Source: Tubiluchus corallicola
Taxonomy: Eukaryota > Animalia > Priapulida
Assembly (NCBI GenBank): GCA_030141605.1
Contig: JAQGDQ010000043.1
Location: 248,001 to 312,000, forward strand
Length of the DNA stretch: 64,000 nucleotides
Reading direction: 5' to 3'
Positions 59,701 to 64,000 of the stretch are shown one piece after another (the first letter of the stretch is position 1; each line of letters begins with the position of its first letter). A program made the position numbers and the translations under genes. The notes under the pieces were generated by a model. It saw only the letters and a program-made list of their open reading frames with translations, was not told the origin of the DNA and made no database searches.

Positions 59701-62534
59701 GTTTTTCTGTAAGTTAAATTTCTGCACAGTGAAATTTGCTTTCACATTACAGGTGGCGAGTAGGAGTGTTGTACAAATAACAGGCGTGCTCATGATTGTG
59801 TTTGGCTGCTTTGGGAAATTTGGCGCCGTATTCGCAACAATGCCAGAACCAATTATAGGAGCTTTGGTCTGCGTAATTCTTGGATTAATAACAGCTATAG
59901 GTAAATTGCAGCTAATACTTATAGTATAAGTATTTTATTTTCTGAACATACATATTTCATATTTTCACCCTTTTACTAATAGTCCCTTAATTGCTATATA
60001 TTTATATATAGGATAATGTATGCAATACAATGCAGTGCAATGCAATGTAATGTAATGTAATGTGATGTGATGTGATGTGATGTGATGTGATGTGATGTGA
60101 TGTGATGTGATGTAATGTAATGTAATATGATATGATATGATATGATATGATATGGTGTGGTGTGGTGTGGTGTGGTGTGGTGTGGTGTGGTGTGGTGTGG
60201 TGTGGTGTGGTGTGGTGTGGTAACATAACGTAACGTAACGTAACATAACATAACATAACATAATATACATATACATATTATATAGTATAGTATCGTTAGT
60301 ATTGTATAGCATAGCATAGCACAGCACACCATAATATAATATAATTTTAATTGCATTTTACAGGCACAATATATTTTTTATGCAGGGTGTGTCAAAAAGA
60401 AACAAAGTACTAACAAACACTATAAATATATCATTATTGCATCATTCAAAGTTCAGCAGGCGTGGCCTCTTACTATAGGTTTTACATGGCAAATGTAGAC
60501 CTGCGTTAACTCAAATGCAGATTTAGGTAATTCAAATGTGTCTTGGTAACTCAAATGTAGACTTAGGTAGTTCAAATGTGTTAACAATGGTTTTCAAGAA
60601 ATCTTAAGCGTTTTTGGTAAGTCAAATGTAGACACATGTCAAGTCAAATGTGACATTGGTATCTCAAATGTGGACAGGTGGTAAAGTTTAAGGAAGTAAA
60701 ATTTAATCTTCTTTGATCTTAACTTAATAATTGCTCTTAAGAAAGTGAAAATAATAACTTTATATGTCTAATAATAGTTCACTAATATTCTGTAAACTTT
60801 ACAGCCAAGCTAGCCAGTTAAGTCATGCTGATTAGCATTGGGATGACGTAACTTCGGTCACGGCCCCTACTATCTAGCCTCTTAAAACAATTAAATTGCA
60901 AAGCTCAATGTTTTCACCGAGATTCACTTTTGACAGGCGTGGCTAATCTTCAATATGTGGACATTAATTCAACAAGGAATCTCTTTGTCTTTGGTTTCTC
61001 ACTTTTCATGGGTTTATCATTGCCTATCTGGTTGAAGAAGAACCCAGACGTCATCAACACAGGTACTGTTTGCCAATTGCTAGCTTCTCTAAAAAATAAA
61101 TGAGAATACCCTTGGGTTCAGTTATTTGTCGTAGTATAATGAAGCAAGCGTCTCTGTCATTTGCAAGCAGGTTGCCTCGAAAAGGCGTTGGCTATTTTGT
61201 TGTTTAGGCCCATAACTAATTCTTTTAATTATACTTTTCAAACCTTCATTATATGTATATAACTTTTTAAATTGATTTAACTGAGTTAATCGTATGTTGT
61301 TCGCTTTAGGAATTTGATGCTGAGATCTGGTACCAAGGAAACATAACTATTTATCATAACTGCAGTTGCACTATTAACTGTTCTTGAGGTAACTGCTCCT
61401 GCACCATTAATTTCTGGTTCTTGAACAAATAATGTTTTACAGGAAGCCAAGTTGCGGATCAAATTATCATGGTTTTGGGAAGCACAGGAATGTTTGTAGG
61501 TGGCGCTGTTGGGTTTTTCTTTGACAACACAATGCCAGGTTTGAAATTTATCATTCGGGGTAATAACTATGTATATGCGTTTATTCTACTAGTCTTGTAA
61601 TCAATGTTGGTTGCATTGAAAGAAACTTTATAGTGCGGCCAAAAGTCTTACATGAACGTATATCGTTAATATTGTACATAAGAGACATTCAAACTGATTA
61701 ACTAAACTTTAGATGAGACCAAGCGAAAGTTAATCGATGAAATTAATGTGGGTGATAATTAATGGCAATAAAGTAACAAAGAAACCTATTTTGCTCTAAA
61801 GATCACACCTTGTGCAGGAAAGAGAGTAAACGCAGCAAAAGATCTTATAAAATATACTTATTGCTAAGAAATGGAATGTGTCTGCAGCATGTGTTCGGCT
61901 GCTAAACCAAACAACCAAACTAGTAAGAAGTGCAGATCGAGTTAGTGTTAAATTTAAAAGAATCTGTACTTTGATTGCTAGCGTGTAAATGGGAAGACAA
62001 CAAAACAGTTGTGAACAAACAAGATATTTTCCAGAACACAGGCCATTAGTGAATTCTTGGTTCCATAAGAGGAACCTTCTGGCCTCTTTCTGGCCTTTCT
62101 TTTCTTTTCTAACGCTTCTTTCCTCGCCATCACCTCCCCTTCTTTTCCTTCGTTTGCCTGTCCTCGTCCTTTCGTTTTTGTTTCGCTTCGCTTCGCTCCC
62201 TTCCCGCCTCCTCCCTTTCGTTCTCTTTCTTTCTCTTCCTACCTTGCTTTGTCTTGCTTTGCCGTATTTTTTGCTGCATGACTTTTCAGGTCCGCGTATC
62301 TTTTACATTAATTACAAAAATTCAACACGTTGTTTTTTTTCAGGTACTTTGGAACAGCGTGGATTTTCCGAATGGATTAAGAAATCACAGCCGGCAAAAA
62401 CAGATAGCGTTGTGAAAAGTAATTGCTATGATCTCCACCCTTGCATAATGAATTTTATACAACACAGAAAGCTGTTTAGATATATTCCCCTATGTCCAAA
62501 CTTTTTATCTACATCTAAAGATGCAACTAGATAG
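50708..62534 (+). CDS. SLC23 / NAT (NCS2) nucleobase-ascorbate transporter, paralog B, about 600 aa, 12 coding exons
   Basis: Exons: 50708-50746, 51332-51493, 52279-52436, 53605-53770, 54023-54207, 55146-55266, 55541-55697, 56826-57079, 59753-59900, 60937-61062, 61443-61538, 62344-62534. Total 1803 nt, phase-consistent. Motifs [71 protein letters not shown]. Confidence 0.93.
51790..51860 (-). pseudogene. Degenerate tRNA-Thr(TGT)-like sequence, possibly a SINE head
   Basis: Minus strand GGGAGTGGTTTAAGACG-TTCTGT-CTTGTAA-ACAGAA-CGTC-CATAGTTCAAAT has an A-box-like motif, an anticodon arm and a B-box-like motif. The T and acceptor stems do not pair. Confidence 0.35.
52927..52970 (+). ncRNA. Degenerate minimal type I hammerhead (Penelope-like element remnant)
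   Basis: gtcc CTGACGA A GTCCT-gagtgt-AGGGT GAAA aac at GTA agac, followed by AATAAA. Palindromic ACATGT in stem III. Confidence 0.55.
56181..56622. mobile_element. Tc1/mariner (pogo/Tigger-like) MITE
   Basis: 24-bp TIRs CAGTCAACCCTCGTTAAACCGGAC / GTCCGGTTTAACGAGGGTCGACTG with one mismatch, and TA on both flanks. Confidence 0.9.
57250..59100 (+). mobile_element. Decayed LINE ORF2 (reverse transcriptase) in SLC23 paralog B intron 8
   Basis: [46 protein letters not shown] and [19 protein letters not shown]. Frameshifts and stops. Confidence 0.9.
60015..60330. repeat. Compound pentanucleotide satellite (TGTAA, TGTGA, TATGA, TGGTG, TAACG, TAACA, TAGCA)
   Basis: A period of 5 persists while the unit changes along the tract. 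Confidence 0.95.
60488..60680. repeat. About 20-bp minisatellite (gtaactcaaatgtagacttag variants)
   Basis: About 8 degenerate units containing caaatg. Confidence 0.75.
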
Positions 62535-62929
62535 CAGCGATCATGATTGTGTATTTTGTTATTTTTAGATAATTATTAGCTTTATATCTGATTCATTCCA
62601 ATGTATAAAATTGCGTGAAGGACTATATATTTACAATTGACAGTTTATTTACAACAAAAGCGAGCTGCTTACTTGCAAATGGGCATTAGCGTTGTTCCCA
62701 AATTCTAAGATAGCATGTTTATCACGAAGAAGTCATTAAGATTTTAAGTTAGTAGTATTGGGGTTACAAAGCGTGATAGTTCACTGGTTAGTATACATTA
62801 CCTGAAAGCATCTAGAGCGAGAAATAAAGCTTTTGACGCATATAAATACACCCTGGAATGTTTACAAAGCTCACGCATAACTGAAGGTGCACTCTCTAGA
62901 GTCTAGCCAATAGAACTTTTAGCAAATCA

Positions 62930-63750
62930 TACTTATTCTATGATAATAACGCCTTACATAGTGTATCGAAGATGAGGCAAGAATCGGCAGAAGTGTCTTG
63001 TCCGGGACGTATAAAGAGCCTACCTCAATGATCGGACGCAGTTCGGCAGATGATTTCGTTTTCAGTTTGCAACAGATAGAGATACTTTGCTTAAAGCTTT
63101 TAAATTTGGAAATTTGAACGCAAGTATTACGTCCCCACCTAAAGAGAGATAGTGACATTATCGAAGACGAAAATGCGCAAAGGTATTTCACTAGAAGATT
63201 GTACACTAGATGTACAGCATTTACTGCTGTATCCTACCTTAACAACTTTTAACTTTGAATATGTTATCGTTAGAAGAAAAAATTCATTACGATATAAAAT
63301 GCGTTATAATATTATTCATCGCGAAAATGACTTAGAAATGAATTTTTTACTCATGCTCCTGGATTTTTTAGGGAGCTTTAAGACAAAGTTTAAAAAAATC
63401 GATCTGTATCGTCAGTTTATTAACATTCGTTTGCCATTAAAGTCAAATACTATAATTCACTCCATGAGCAGGTAAAAGGAGTCTGAACTGATAAATGCCG
63501 CCCCCAGTAAACTATTCAGGCAACGATTAATAAACATTGACTTTTCAACTCATTTTTATTTTTGCACACGCATGTAGGTAATAATTTTACTCTCCGTCTC
63601 CTCGTAGCCATGTTAACTTGTCTCGTTTGTTATTGTGCATCCTCTATTGCTTTATGCAGTTATTTTATGTATATATGCTTAAATACAGACCTTGGGTAAA
63701 AAGGTAATTTATAGATACTTTAATAAACAAATAAATAAATCGATAAATAA
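62930..63750 (+). mobile_element. Highly decayed LINE fragment
   Basis: RAYLNDRTQFG resembles the RT SYLSxRxQ motif. RQFINIRLPL follows, then an AATAAA/(AATA)n tail near 63725. Confidence 0.4.
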
Positions 63751-64000
63751 GTGAAACCGCTTAGTAGCCAGCTGCCATCCATTTGCTAATCAGGACTGGC
63801 ATTACCTCATTTTGTAGCCGAGCACGCACATTGATAGGAATCAGGCAGTGGTAATTCTAAGAATAAGTATTTAAGCATACATAGTGCAATTATTTTTCTG
63901 TACACGATGAAGCACCTCGAAACTAAATTCTCAACGCTTTGTTGATTTAAGGCATAAATAGTTATGTATAAACACGTTTTTTGTTATTGTAGTATTTCAC

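Noticed and set aside
59965-60356. His/Thr-rich ORFs in three frames
   Set aside because: Artefacts of the pentanucleotide repeat.

Overview
AT-rich, intron-rich animal genomic DNA, probably from an invertebrate. It is not prokaryotic, so most entries in the ORF track are exon fragments or noise. Splicing the exons by hand gives five genes. (1) Three internal exons of a minus-strand gene that runs off the left edge: two duplicated 270-nt chitin-binding (ChtBD2/CBM14) exons and an LDLa exon. (2) A GT11 alpha-1,2-fucosyltransferase with an uninterrupted CDS (7360-8448, +). (3) A complete GABA-B-receptor-like class C GPCR with 17 coding exons (13284-41314, +, about 794 aa) and a divergent ligand pocket. 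(4, 5) A head-to-head pair of SLC23/NAT nucleobase-ascorbate transporter paralogs (minus 42504-50359, plus 50708-62534). Both carry an unusual [S/T]-H in place of the [QEP]-N of the NAT signature. Introns and spacers hold decayed LINE, Gypsy and MITE copies, a probable solo LTR and many microsatellites. There is also a twister-ribozyme fold (10213-10290, minus) and a degenerate Penelope-type hammerhead (52927-52970, +). All calls come from manual reading; no database searches were run.
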